A stretch of DNA of 62,121 bases, filler included, from Sluysia triapertura (GCA_046118255.1; 5 parts of 5 records of this genome joined end to end with filler, not necessarily neighbours in it); one strand, 5' to 3'. Shown: positions 1-13,335, numbered from the whole stretch's first letter. The notes: generated by a model not told the origin, from the sequence alone. Program-made: numbers and translations.

Positions 1-6
1 CCTTAC

Positions 7-178
7 TTGACCTTTGCAATTTTACTGGTTGATCTGTCATCGAAGGATCAAAAGTTCGCACTGTGCATCCATATTCACTTGATATTATATCATCAAATTC
101 CCATATATAGTTAACACCAAATGAATATGACAAGCACTTTTTAGGCCTTTTACCCCAACACTTCCATATTCTTTTCAT
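7..178 (-). CDS. METTL24-like methyltransferase (Methyltransf_22) exon/fragment
   Basis: Manual translation MKRIWKCWGKRPKKCLSYSFGVNYIWEFDDIISSEYGCTVRTFDPSMTDQPVKLQRS matches the CLxYSFG...WxFD...YGCxVxxFDPSM motif of METTL24-family proteins; GTAAGG donor at 6-1. 5' boundary unclear and overlaps a repeat terminus, so it may be a pseudogene piece. Confidence 0.7.
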
Positions 179-1376
179 CAAATAAGTAGTGCTTCCAAAC
201 AGAAGTAGTATTCGATTTTATTCATTTATTCTTATTCATTTAAGGAGGATAAATATTTTTATTTATATATGAAAAAAGGTGATTCCTCGTCCTACATACA
301 GGTTCAATCCCCGTTTTTATTTTTTAATAGAAAAGAAAATCTAACTATGGTCGCATTGAAGTACTAAAAAATAAAAAAATTACATAAATAAACTTTATCA
401 AAAAGATTAAAAGAATCATCAATGTTTTAGACAATTTAACTAAAATCTTCTTAAAAATTTTCTGCTGATACCGAAAAACCGTTATTTTGAATACCGATAT
501 TACGAAATCCTAATTGTAATATTTATGTGAGCAATTAATATAATAATATGGAAATTGAGTTATAATCACGTTTCTTAGTATTTTGTCGTCCGGAAAAACT
601 TTTCATAGGCATAGTTGGATTATAAATATTCATACCTCTTGGTAATACTTCTAAATAAGAAGTTTAATTTTGTTAATACCAATGTTAATTCCAAAATTTC
701 ATGTGTGCAAATTGAACATATTTTAGTTGCATTTGCTGATTCTATAAAAATAATGTTTTCTGTATTTGTTGTACGATTTAATTTATTAGTAACGATACCA
801 AATTTTTCGTTTTTATGTGCCGGATAAATTTGTAATTTTACAACATTTAGTAACTGGTTGTAAAAAAGAATTTGAACAAAACATATTGTTTTACTATCTT
901 TTCCATTAATTCTAATCATCGTTTTATTGATAATTTTACAGAAACGTAATTGGATCTTTTGGAAAAATATCTCAGATTATAGTCATGTCTTTATTTGCAA
1001 TATATACATACATAATACAAGATGAAAGTAAAAAAGTAAAGTAAAGTAATTTTATAACGATAACAATTATGAAGTTAAAATTATTTTTATTTTTAATGAA
1101 CATTCACTTTCATACTATTTATTTAAATTTAATATAAATCATATTTTATGTACTGCTTTCGGGCATATATTCACAATTTCATATATAATAAATATTCGGT
1201 ATTATTATTATTTTATTATTATACTTACAGAACCATCATAGAATATATATCAGATTAAGTGATAAGTGATGCAACCGATATTTTACTGACATGTAACTCA
1301 TTTTATCTGATTAATTAACCAATGAAATTGATCTTACGACTATTGCTGTAATACATAAGCTCAAATAAAATGTATT

Positions 1377-1475
1377 AACTTAAACAACATAATATAAACC
1401 CAAATAACATATACAAACCCAACAATATAATACAAACTTAAATAACATAATATAAACCCAATAATGATACCAACC
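1377..1475. repeat. Degenerate ~21-bp minisatellite
   Basis: About five variants of AACATAATATAAACCCAAAT in tandem. Confidence 0.6.
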
Positions 1476-2290
1476 AAGTCATTTCCAATTTACTAACACC
1501 TATTCAAAAATTAAAAATAATCGGGCAGTAATATATGTACGTGCAATTTATGGCACGGACATAACCCTCTACTCATATTCATTATTGAATTCAGGACACT
1601 CTTTGTGCCACACTGTAAAAACCACAAAATTTAACGAAAACACAATATAACTATTCAAGTCATATTTAAAAATCTTTTAATAACTTTAAGATTCGTTTTT
1701 ATTATAAATTGGAACATCCATTTTATCTTTTTAGATAAATATAAAAATCAATTTATCTAAAATAAGAATCATTTATACGTAGAACTATCATCAAACAAAA
1801 TTTCAAAAATAAATCAACATAAAAATGAATAGATAATTTCCAAACTCGATTAATAAATTGTAAAATTACACCACAAAAATTTTAATTTTAATACTATAAC
1901 TTGAAAATAGGAAATTATCACAATGTAATAAACAAATAAAAACACGGAATCTTAATTTTCACAATTCATTTTATGTAAACAGAAATGCAAAAAACAAAAT
2001 TAAAAACCTGATTGTATAATGGCAAAGGATGGATAGAATTTATCTTAAATATAAAATGTATGAAAGTTTTATCCATAAAAATATTTTTTTTGTAAATTGA
2101 GATATTAAAATGTAAATTATATATTAATGTTATAATACAGTATATGCTTATCTTTGGATTTATGCAATCTTGAAAAGTTGAAAAGATTTTAGAAAAAATA
2201 ATGTAGAGTTAATAAAAAACCATAAAATTAAAAAACAATGCTAAGTAAATAAACTATTTAAAAATGCGAAAGAAAGCTCCACATAATAGA

Positions 2291-5200
2291 TTATTTTTTC
2301 ATGAGAAAGTCTAATTTCTAAAAAAGAAAATATTGTTATGTTTAATGCCATAATAATGTGTTACATCTTTTTTTGGGATACTAATTATAAACTAGAATAA
2401 ATGTCATTAATTAAGCCATATCGTAAAATAAATCATAAAAATAAAACGTCAAAAAGATTACCAAAAAGTAATTTGCATTTTTTTATAATGAAAGTTAACA
2501 ATTAACCAAAACTTACATTTTCGGATCGAGAAGAGCTTCTTGAAGACTTCGATCCATCGACATTGGATTTTGATCTAAATTAGTGAAAAATATATAAGAT
2601 AAAAATTATTTGAAACTAATTTAGTTACTAATTTCAATTAATAACAAGGAATTCGTTTATAAATATAAAATAATCTAGTATTACCTTGAATCTTTTTTTG
2701 CACTATAAGCAACTGGTAGTGACGATAATTTGCTATTATTTTTTTCAACAGAACTAGAAGTATTTTTATGATTTTTTTGTTTATTACATGATCGTTTTTT
2801 TGTTTTTGTTGAGTCATTTTTTTCTACTATTATACACGAAGATGTCGTAGATGTGGATGACGGTGATGAAGATGTAGACGATGTAGATGAATGTGATCTA
2901 GATACTGAACTATCTAAATCAATGATTTTTCCATCTTTATTTGACGTTTCGCCGTAATTTCGATAATTTCCTGCTTTTTCTTTTGGAATTACTCTATCGT
3001 CTAACAATTCTTCTTCATCATCCACAATCTCTCCTTCACTCCTATCGTCATTTGTTGCAGCAGTCTTAGTAGAGTGAAATTTTGGTGATACCCTATTTTT
3101 TGGATTGATAATTACAGGACTACTAGGAGTTCTAGGACCTCTTTGGCGGTGTTTGTAATTATATTGTTGTATCTGCTTCTGTTGAAAATGAATGGGACGT
3201 CGTTTCGGGGAGGATGATGACGAAATTGTAGATAAATCATCTTTAAATCGATGATTCCCAACATTATAACCATCACCGCCACATACCGAATCATAATCAT
3301 ATTTTTGGGACGTCGATCCTATACAGCTGTCATAATAATGATCTGAAGAATTTCCACTATATTTTTTCTTGTGATTGTAATATTTAGATGAAGAACTTCT
3401 GCATCTAAATCAAATTACAAAAATATTATTTTTAAAAAATTAATTTTTATACAGAATTTTATGATAAGAAATTTTATACAGATGTTTTATGATAAGAGGA
3501 CAATAATGGTATTGGAAAAGTTTACTAGTTCTGCAATATTTTTGATATCCAAATGCACTACATTGTTCAGTTAATATTGAAATCTTTTTCGACACAATAG
3601 ACATACCATAGCTGATTTTATCATTGTTATACAAACATGAATAATAGAAGGAATAGCAGTAAAGCAATAAAATTAACAACTATATAAAAAATAATGAGAT
3701 AGAAGGATAATAATAGAAATAAAACAATAAAATAGTAGAAGTAGCATTGTAATAACAATAATAGTGTAATAACAATAAAAATAAGTGATAAAACAATGTT
3801 TATTTTTCTTGTGGTTTAGTTTATCAGAGAGATTTTGTAGAATAGATTGCGAATGCAGAAAGTGTAACTAGAGTGAAACTATTTGTTAATATATGCGTGT
3901 TTAAAGAAGTTAATATATGAGTATGTAATTGTAAACAGATTTGTTGAAAATGTTGTTAATTTAGGTTTTGATTGTACAGCGAATAGTATGTTTGTGGGAA
4001 AAATGTGTTGTGGGATTGACATCACCACAATCTGGTTCAAGCTTAACTTTTCCTTAATAGTAAATACTCATTAATTTTACTGACTCATTAACCTGAATCT
4101 TATGAACCATATTCTTAATAAAATTTTGATTCTTTAGATTAAACACTTATAATTTAACAGCATTTGCAGACAAAGTTATGAAGCTAAACAATACACAAGT
4201 GTATGCATTTAAAAATATTTTATTCGTCTTAACATCCATTCTATAAAATTCAATCTATCACATGATTATATTCAATCCTGAAAATAGTGCCACTTAGTAG
4301 CTTTAAATCACCTTCATTATAGAAATTTAACTTTAAAACCGAAGATCTCCATCGCATCTCATATAAAGGTCTTACGATATTATATTCATTGTGGCACTAC
4401 TGTCTATAATAATTTAAATACTTATTGTGAATAATTTTACTTTCAGATATACAAATTCAAACTACTTCACACTTAATTTTACATTCCTTCCTTTTTAAAA
4501 GTTGGGCAATTGTAATTATTAGCTAATGGTTAGGATTTACTTGGTAAAACTGAAATGATCCAATCAACTTTTATTTATAATCAGAGTCACTTTACTGATA
4601 ACATGACCTAGCTGCGTATTTAAGAATATTTAAATTATCTCCCTTACCATTAAGCATTTTCGGAAGACGTTTAACTTTTCTAAAGCTTCAATATTTACGA
4701 ACTAACAATTCACCAGTGACCTGATGAAATAATTTACAGTATACAAGCACAATTACTGATTATCCAAAATATTCAAATCTTTAAATGTACTGTCTTTGCG
4801 TTTCCTTAACCAATCTTATAAGGTCAAGCTTAACCTACTTAAGTATTTAACACTACAGGCACTAAATTTAGCAAATATAAGAAAGGTGGAATACATTTGT
4901 TTGAAGCCTCATAACCTTTGAGGACTCATCCCAAGTTATTATCACACATAGCCTCTTAAAAACTAGATAGCACTTTCCATTGAAAAGTATAATTCACCTA
5001 GAATGTGGATGTGACCATGAATGAAAGTATACCTAAGAGACCAGATTTGTGAAAATACTGGTCTCAACTGACCGACGAATTAAACGATAAGATTGTTCGG
5101 GAAGATCATAGGAGAAAATTCAAAAACAAACTACTAAGACGTTTTAAGAAAGATAAAACAGTAGTTTTTTCATATTATTTTAATTTAGAAATTGATATAG

Positions 5201-7779
5201 GAAAAACTAGGATAATTAAAAAAATAAAATCTATTGACCTTAGTCAATTCTTCAAAGTGGGTTTTGATAAATCTTTATTTGAAATTTATATTATAATAGA
5301 GTTAATAATTCATAATTATTCACAACAGCAAATTAATTTATTGTAAAATAATTAAAATTCGATCACATAAAGTGCTGAATAAATAAATTTACAGCTTAAA
5401 AATATTTTAATGCAAATATATGTTTAATTAGAATACTCCGAAAATTATAGTCAGTGCATTAGTTTTCCGTTAGTGTTGACGAAACATAAAGCTAATTCTG
5501 GACAAACCTTTGAATTAAATATTTAAGATCCCATTTTCTTGCTTTAGCTGATTGATTAAAATTGATGTACTACTAGCAACAATATCATTTCCAATAACTA
5601 TATCCAAACCCGTTTTTGTGAAAACATTATAATCATTGTAGGCAGGAGTGATTTACACTTCATTTTGCAGTAGTGTTCAATTATGATTTGTAAATTCAAT
5701 TTGTGTAATACAAGTAAACATTTCCGCTATTAGGATTCATAAAGCAACTTATTGAACTTTATAACACTAAAACTTTAATTGTTACTACTATAAATTTCGA
5801 CAGTGAAGTATTAGTGCACCAAGTTCTCAAAGATTTAATGGCGAGTCTTAGTTTAAAATCTTTAAAATGCAATAGTAACTATGCATCATAATAATTAATA
5901 AATTTGACTTAATACTTTTAATTGAAATTCCTTAGTTTCGGATAATTTAGTTAAACGAAAAACTAATTAAAAAATTGAAATATTTTAGTAAAGTTTTGTT
6001 CTTCGTAATGAATTATTGAAGTTTTATGGTTATATCAATCTGATAATATTAATTAAAAGCTTACAATGTGTAATTGTTAAATATAATAATTACAATAAGG
6101 ACTATTACTGACTCGAAATGTGTATGAAAAGAGAAAGTGATGAATAAAGGTATTAAAGTTGTTTCTGAAAAGGATAGTTTGATTTGATTAAAATTATTGT
6201 AACAGATGAAAATAATGTATGGTATTTCATGTGTAAGATCGTTACTGAGTCTGAGCTACCACAAATGTTCAGAATTCTTAAATTTAATATTTGAAATTTT
6301 AAATAAACGTTTGTTTTGAAATAAAAAAATTTTTAACATAGAATAGGTAAACATTATTATTCGACAGTTTCCCTAACAAGAATTGTTTTTAATAAATTTT
6401 ACGTCATATAAATATTAACCAAATAAGGCGAGATTTTTCATATAAGAATCTAGAATGGCAACTATGCTCAAATTAAAAAAATAGTAATTTCATATTAGGG
6501 AAAAGTGACTTCAACATATTGCAAAGTACCACCTAAGTAAACTGACTAAAATTCTACACAAATGTTGTCATATATTCTACTTATCAAATAAAATGAAAGA
6601 AACGAATATAACCCGCAGAGATTTTAAAAACTTTTATTTTGTAATAAAAACACACAAACCAACTTATAAAGCTCAAGAAATACTACAAAAGTGATTACAA
6701 ATGATTACAAAAGTTAAACCTCTGAGAAGAATCACTTCGTTTTTTATTATGATTTCTTATTGGAGCCTTTTCTACCTTTGATTCTACTGTACGATATGAA
6801 GAAGCGTTATTACTGTAATGTTGACTATACATTGAAGACATCGAATATTCTCTAGGACTATTTCTTTTGTAATGAAATTGATTGCGTCCATCATATCGAC
6901 TATCATAACCTGATTCTAAATTAAAAAATAATTTCGGATAACGTATATTTTACTAGTTTTGTTTACATGTAAAATTTTAATTAATTACTGGTATAATAGC
7001 ATTTAAAACAATTATGTCACCACTAATCAAAAATATTCCACTTTAAACTTTATATTAGATAGTATAATTGTAATAAAGCAAAAAAAATTGAGTTATTTTT
7101 ATTTACTTTTCTAAGTATAATTAAAATATAAAAAAATTAAAAATTAACCAAGAAACCTGCTTAAGTGCCGTTAAATAAATTCAAGCAAATACTTTTGTAT
7201 CTTGATATGATTATTAAACAAAACATTTCGTAATTATGTAAAGATTAAATAAATTTGTACGATTATTTACATATTTGAAAATAATTACAAGTTAGGGTAA
7301 TATTAAAATAATTTTCATGCTAGTAAGTGGCTTAAGAATTGTTTTGATTAAATAATTTAATAGAATATTAAGAAAATTGATCAAAGAAGTTATAAATCAA
7401 CCTTTAAAAGAATTCCTGCTAGAACGGGATCTCCTGTAACTATCGGATCTCATGTAATTATTTCTACGTTTATTACTATCATCGTGTCTTGAAAACAAAC
7501 TAAGAACAAATCAATAAATTTAGCAATATTTTACTTAGAAAACATTCTTTCATGCGAATCTCTATCATTTGGAGAGTGATTTTTTAAACAACCTAATAAT
7601 TGACTAGCAGCTGCAACAACAGTTAATTGTTGTATAATTTGATTTGGATCAACATTCTTAAGAATATTTGAACATTTCGCTAGATCCTCATAATGTTTCC
7701 AAAATTTTTTGCGTCGTGGACTACGTGAATCTCTTGAAGATTTGTAATTATAGTATTCATTATTTCTTCGACGCTTCAT
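2291..7779 (-). CDS. Six-exon orphan Ser/Arg-rich low-complexity protein (~443 aa)
   Basis: Exons 7779-7535, 7487-7402, 6915-6720, 3404-2685, 2574-2517, 2317-2291; all GT-AG with consistent phases (2,1,2,2,0), total 1332 nt, no internal stop. RS/SR dipeptides, RGPRTPSSP and SEGEIVDDEEE motifs. Last exon is the least certain. Confidence 0.72.
4030..5000 (-). mobile_element. Decayed Ty3/gypsy LTR retrotransposon gag-pro-pol relic inside intron 3 of the SR-rich gene
   Basis: Aspartic-protease-like IIDSSATMNIIS*DLY (~4370-4415), upstream zinc-knuckle-like RSCYQ*SDSD, downstream RT N-terminus-like IKNMVHKIQVNESVK...EKVKLE; many stops/frameshifts. Confidence 0.6.
5560..5860 (-). mobile_element. 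Possible non-LTR ORF1 (zinc-knuckle) relic
   Basis: Remnant of VLQCYKC-type knuckle lead-in after frameshift correction; very decayed. Confidence 0.25.
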
Positions 7780-8559
7780 TTTATATGTAAGTTCATCATA
7801 ATATAAATGATAAATAAAAAAAGTTGATGGTGATTGGATTATTTTAAAAATTACGCCCTGCTAAACAACAAAATGAAATGTAAACTTTTAAATCATTTTA
7901 ATTTTACAATATGAATTTTTAATGGAAAAATTATATAAAATGTAGCAAATATTTTGTCATTATAATAAAATATATTATTTTTATTTTTAATATGCAGTTT
8001 TTACTTAAATATCTAAAACTTAAAAAATTATAATTAATAATTTTAGATTTAATCTTTCCTTTATGTTTTAAAATGTATATTCATTTGATAAAGAAAACAT
8101 ATTTTCATCACACTGTCTAAGCTATCTTTTATTTTCATTTTCCAAAATTTGGATAATAGAACCAACCTTTATAGAAGTCCAAGCTATTTAGTATCTGTTT
8201 GGTTCAGTTTTACTCTCAGATGAAAATTGTATTTCAGTTTAGGAATCTTTTAAAATTCTCATGAAATGAAAACTTTTCATTTTCATTATAATTTAAGGTT
8301 TAAAATAATAAGAGTAACGATAATAATCAAAATAATAAAAATTATAAAATAATAAATTGATAATTATTATTTTAATTATTATTATTATTATTACAATAAT
8401 AATAATTTTATAAGAGTCAATGCCCAGAAATAAAGAAATTAATATCTAAAGGACATAATGCTCATATCCAATTATTTAAATACTGTAGTGAAAAAATAAT
8501 ACATAAATACTAAAAACATTTGCAATAAAATTACAATGTAAGCTCATACGAAGCTCACA

Positions 8560-8720
8560 ATGATACATGGTAGAATGTTTATTTGGCGAATATTTTGTTC
8601 TGTTGGTTCATTTTTCCTCGGCATGACCACTGCTACTTTATTTGGCCAGTCGTTTGGCAACACCATTGGGATGATCTTGTATTTTTTGCTGAACTATTTG
8701 CATTTATTCGATAGTGTAAT
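8560..8720 (-). mobile_element. Non-LTR retrotransposon reverse transcriptase fragment
   Basis: Translation VLPNDWPNKVAVVMPRKNEPTEQNIRQINILPCI resembles the PxxWKxAxVxPIPKK...NYRPISLLP motif at the RT N-terminus. Confidence 0.6.
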
Positions 8721-8879
8721 TTTGTGAAATACGGATCTATAATAATACGAGTTTCATTTTTACTCGTAAGTTTGAATTGTATAATAAACCTAATAATTCA
8801 CATCATTGTGTATAATAAACAAAAATAACTTATTTATTTTCTTGGGAGGTATATAGATGTATATAGAGGTATATATGAA

Positions 8880-10050
8880 ACCACAAAATGAAGGAATAAT
8901 TGAATCAAAGTGATAGACTGAACATATAAATAATGCTGGAGTAATGTTGACAACTGAGGAATACCTTGGAGTTTTAAAGACCTATATAAGGTACTGAGAC
9001 TTTATGGAAGCTTGAGATGGACTTGGAAATCTTTTAAAGGCATTTATGAATCTTTGAATTTATGAATCTTGAGATCATCTAAAACCTTATTAACATTTCA
9101 GACCTCGATAAGTATTTAAAATCTTTGAGTAATATTATAAAGTGACTGAAATCTCTGCGATATTGGCGAAATAAAATTATTGTTGCAAATGTTAAAGATA
9201 AGTTTGATACAGTGATAATTAACGTAAAGAAATAGAAAAGGAATCAGAGTGGCCAAGGTGAAATATATAAATAAATATATACTGAATTAAGCAATAAAAG
9301 ACACTTTCGAAGTAAAGTCTTCTTTTTAATATTCGTATACGCACGTCTTCGTCCCCATATAAATCGTGTCATGTAAGCAGACCTATATTTTGATATTTTG
9401 CTACAAAGTTAAAGTTAGTAAAATCATAGCAGACCTCTCGATAACCAAGCCTTAATAATAAGCAAAGCTAATATTAATTTTTAATTATAGAATATTAATT
9501 TTTAATTATAGAATATTAATTTTTTAAACTTAGAATTATGAAAAGATAATGAATTGAATATGATACGATTGCTATGAAAGAATTGAGTTTGAAATGTCTG
9601 TATAGTGTTTTGTTTCAGAATAAGAACCTTAGACATTTTTCATTAGAAAATTGGGTGTGAAAAATCAAAAATCAATCGAATTCTATAAACTAAAATTAAA
9701 TTCATTATTTTAATGCATATTGATAGTACTCATGATTGTTATTTTAATTTGAGAAGCAACTTAAGTAAATATATTTCAAGTAGAACATAAGAAAATAATA
9801 ATTGATCACAAATCAATTTTTTGTTTCGTACCTAATAAAGTTTGGCAGACCGTACCATGTAATTGTCAAAGTTATTATTATCGGTCGAATTCTCAAAGTG
9901 GTTTTGATGATTTGTGTGAGAGTGTTTGATTGTGAATCTCAGTATTGATTAGATTATGAGAAAGTATAAAAGTATATAATATGTTGATAAAAATAAAGAA
10001 AAGTTTAACGTTCGAGATAGTTTCAATAAAGAAAAATTATCGTATTCTGA
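8880..10050 (+). repeat. Unclassified dispersed repeat, copy 1
   Basis: Aligns by eye with 11150-11918 (direct) and 34730-35830 (inverted), e.g. shared CATTTTTCATTAGAAAATTG and GAGAAAGTATAAAAG blocks. Confidence 0.75.
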
Positions 10051-11149
10051 GAACATTATTATAAACTCTAGACAATATATAATGATTATGATTACAGTTT
10101 TGCTATTTCTCTTTTGTTAAACATTATGATTTTACTTTAACGTTTACTGAAAAATAAACAACTAATCAAAGAAACAGTGTGTTTAATAATGTTTATTCTA
10201 TCACTTATACATCGAATTTCAATAACTCTGGAAAGAATACCGAATTGTCCTGTTTTATTATTAACCTTGTTTATATCGTTTGTTTACTTGTTATATTTTA
10301 TATATAATACAATATCATACTTTGTTACTGTTTTAAATTCGTTAAATTTTACAGGCCTTAAGCTTATTTCGTTAATAATCATAAATTTAAAGTTAAATTA
10401 TTTTTACTTAATTAATGTTCCAAATTGTATTAATAAAAGATTTTAAAAAATAAAAATGTTAATAATTTGTTTAATTGAAATTGTTTATCGCCCTCAACAC
10501 ACCATGTATGTTTCAAAGTAAATACAAAAGACTTTCGATGTATCAATAAACTTTTTAAATTTTCGATGATTTTATTTAAATGTCTTGATGATTTTAGTAG
10601 ATTTTGTAAAATAAATAGTCTTAAGTGTTATTCGTATTTTAATTTTAATTTTAACTTTAAATTTTAATTTATGCGCTTTAAACACTATTGCATACGAAGT
10701 AGAAACGTTAAGATTAATAATAACAACAAACATAATATAAATTATCATTATAACCAGTTACCTAACATCCGACCACGGCCAAAACATCAACAAATTTTTT
10801 TTGGTTTTATGTGTTTTGAATATTAGTGATAATTGATAATTCTGAGAATAAGTAGATTCATTTGGCATAATTGTTTGATTTTAATATTTGCATTATACCG
10901 AATGTAAATGAGGTTGAACTTTTCAATTTAAAGTTAATATTACGAAATAAGGTTGATTAAATAAGAATGATCTCAACGATGTTACGCCATTCTTAGGATT
11001 CCAATTACTTGGCTAATACATTTTTGACGGACGTCATAATCACTTATACATGAGTTTTTTCGATAAACTACGCAATTTTTGCATGAATAACCGTGCAATC
11101 AATCAAGTAATATAAATACTTGAAAATAAAAATATTGAATTACCCTATT

Positions 11150-11918
11150 GTTGGGATTGTCCAACTGTGAATTAGGAAATGAGTAAAAGACATATAGAAT
11201 TAAAAAATGCGTTGATGCGAAGTGATAGATGGAGTATTATAAGAATTGTCGGAGTGAGAATCTTGAAAGTAAAACATTTATAATAAGGCTAACAGCTTAA
11301 GAATACCTTAGAGTTTCAAAAACCTATACAAGGTGTTGAGACCTTGTGGAAGCTTGAAATGAACTTGAAAAATCTTTAAAAGTATTAGAGTACATTTGAG
11401 TTTGCGAAGATTGAGATCATATGAGATTTTATTAACCTATAAGTATTCTTGAAACCTTGATAAGCATCTATGATCTTCAAGTAATCTTACAGTGTTTAAA
11501 ATCTTTAAAATAGTTGAGAAATAAAATCGTTGTTATTAGTATTGGGAATAAGTTTAGTATAGCAATGATTAACATAAAGAAGTAGAAAAAGGAATCAGAG
11601 AGGTGAAGATGAAAACATCTAGAGCCTCCTGAATACCTTATTAACTACTAAAAAATTTTAGAACCTCAATAAAACCTTTAAACATAAAATTAGATTAAGT
11701 CTAAAAATAGAATTAATTAATTAAAATCTTAATTAACTTAATTTTTTGTGAATAACTTTTGAATGCGGAATGCTATGTTGAATTTGAGACTATGTATGTA
11801 TTTGTTTTGAAAAGACCTTTCGATGAAGGTATGGTTTGATCGAGTTCATGCAAAGAAAGCCTTAATATTGAGCAAAGTCAAATTTTAATTAATTTTTAAT
11901 TATGGAATGTTGAATTTT
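11150..11918 (+). repeat. Unclassified dispersed repeat, copy 2 (cut by scaffold end)
   Basis: Blocks such as GACCTTTCGATGAA, GAGTTCATGCAAA and AAAGTCAAATTTTAATTAATTTTTAATTATGGAATGTTGAATTTT are shared with the reverse complement of 35200-35290. Confidence 0.8.
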
Positions 11919-12018
11919 NNNNNNNNNNNNNNNNNNNNNNNNNNNNNNNNNNNNNNNNNNNNTTAATTAATTAANNNNNNNNNNNNNNNNNNNNNNNNNN
12001 NNNNNNNNNNNNNNNNNN
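11919..12018. other. Artificial scaffold linker N44-TTAATTAATTAA-N44
   Basis: Exactly 100 nt, identical at four places, stop codons in all six frames. Confidence 0.95.
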
Positions 12019-12440
12019 ATATATAATCATACTTGTTAACAAAATGATTAGTGACGTAAGAGACAAATCGTCATTACTTATTATATTGTAATATTGCCTT
12101 TCATAACTTTCAATAAATTTAGCTGAATTGTGAAAGAACGTATAAATATTGGGTGATAATTTTTTGAACACCCATTTCCAAGTCTCTATATCATCTAAAG
12201 TTACCATTATATCAATATCATCATCCCATGGTACAATATCATGAGGTACATTGAACCTAATAGCGTATCATAAAGTGCGTAATATTATTAGCTTTTGTTA
12301 AATCATCAAATATGAATAAATGATACATCATAAAATGTTTTGAATTTGTTACTTTCACTTCAAGTGGTAGTAGATGCTTCGTTCTAACATTTAAATTGTT
12401 GGGTTCTGCTGCCAAAGAATGTAAATGTTTGTTTGGCCCA
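12019..12440 (-). pseudogene. LicD/fukutin-related nucleotidyltransferase family pseudogene fragment
   Basis: FIFDDLTKANNITHFM / TLLGSMY / HDIVPWDDDIDIMV across two frameshifts matches the GGTLLGxxRHxxxIPWDDDxD signature. Confidence 0.75.
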
Positions 12441-12739
12441 ATTTCATAACATTATAGTAAACATAGTAAAAGTACTACATAACAAAATATTAAATAGCTT
12501 ATTTTAATAAATCCATATCATAATTATTATTCAATTATTATTAATTTCTTAAACGTTTATTTTTATAATTTCTGGTTCTCAATAGCAACGGTAATGATAG
12601 TAGTGATAGTAGTAATTATAGTGATAATGGCAGTAGAGGTAATAAAAAAACAAAAATTAAAAAATGTAATATTGGTCAAATTTTAGCTACTTACTATTTT
12701 AAGTAGTTTAAATTTGACCAAAAAATGAAATTACTAAAT

Positions 12740-13335
12740 ACATCTTCGATATTACCGGAAAATACTGACTTTCCTGGAATATTTAATTCAACAACTTTAT
12801 CTCCGATCATTAATGATGGACGACCTTCTGTTAATCCTGGCACATCGACTGCAAAAGTTTCTCTTTGTGGGAGCATTCGTACATTTTCAATAATAAATTG
12901 TTTCATTTCCGCAAAATGCTTACCAACATCTTCTTTAAATGTAAATAAACGTTCTAAATCTTTAGGAATTTCATACGGCTCTAGACGATGTGGATATACT
13001 TTGGTCATAGATGAATGAACGGGTAGTGGTTTTGCTACTGTTAAATAAATAAATACCACTAATCCATTCTGTTGAAGAACATGTGGTTTTCGAATTAAAG
13101 TTACTATTACTTTGAAGTTTAATGTTTTCATTTTGCTCTATTAAAGGATCAAATAAATAAACTGAAACATTGACTATACATCGTTTAATAATTCCATCTT
13201 TTCCAGTAACAATAATTAACTTTTGTACATCATAACCTGGAAATTGAGGTTTGCAATGAATATTTATTTCCATTACATCATTATAACTTAATTCATTTTA
13301 TTTTGAGTTTCAACTAGTTTTTCAAGTTTTAAAAT
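12740..13335 (-). pseudogene. MOV10L1/armitage-like RNA helicase N-terminal fragment
   Basis: RLEPYEIPKDL and VDVPGLTEGRPSLMIGDKVV match the VPGLAEGRPSL motif of MOV10L1/Armi. Upstream frame (13273-13058) is offset, there is a stop near 13300, the expected LLxLEE block is missing and no helicase core follows. Confidence 0.7.

Noticed and set aside
300-320. Isolated B-box-like GGTTCAATCCC followed by a T run
   Set aside because: No A box or cloverleaf upstream.
620-919. 99-aa ORF, possibly a DNA-transposon remnant
   Set aside because: No motif I can identify.
11963-11974. TTAATTAATTAA as a conserved biological motif
   Set aside because: Always centred in N44 blocks; synthetic linker.
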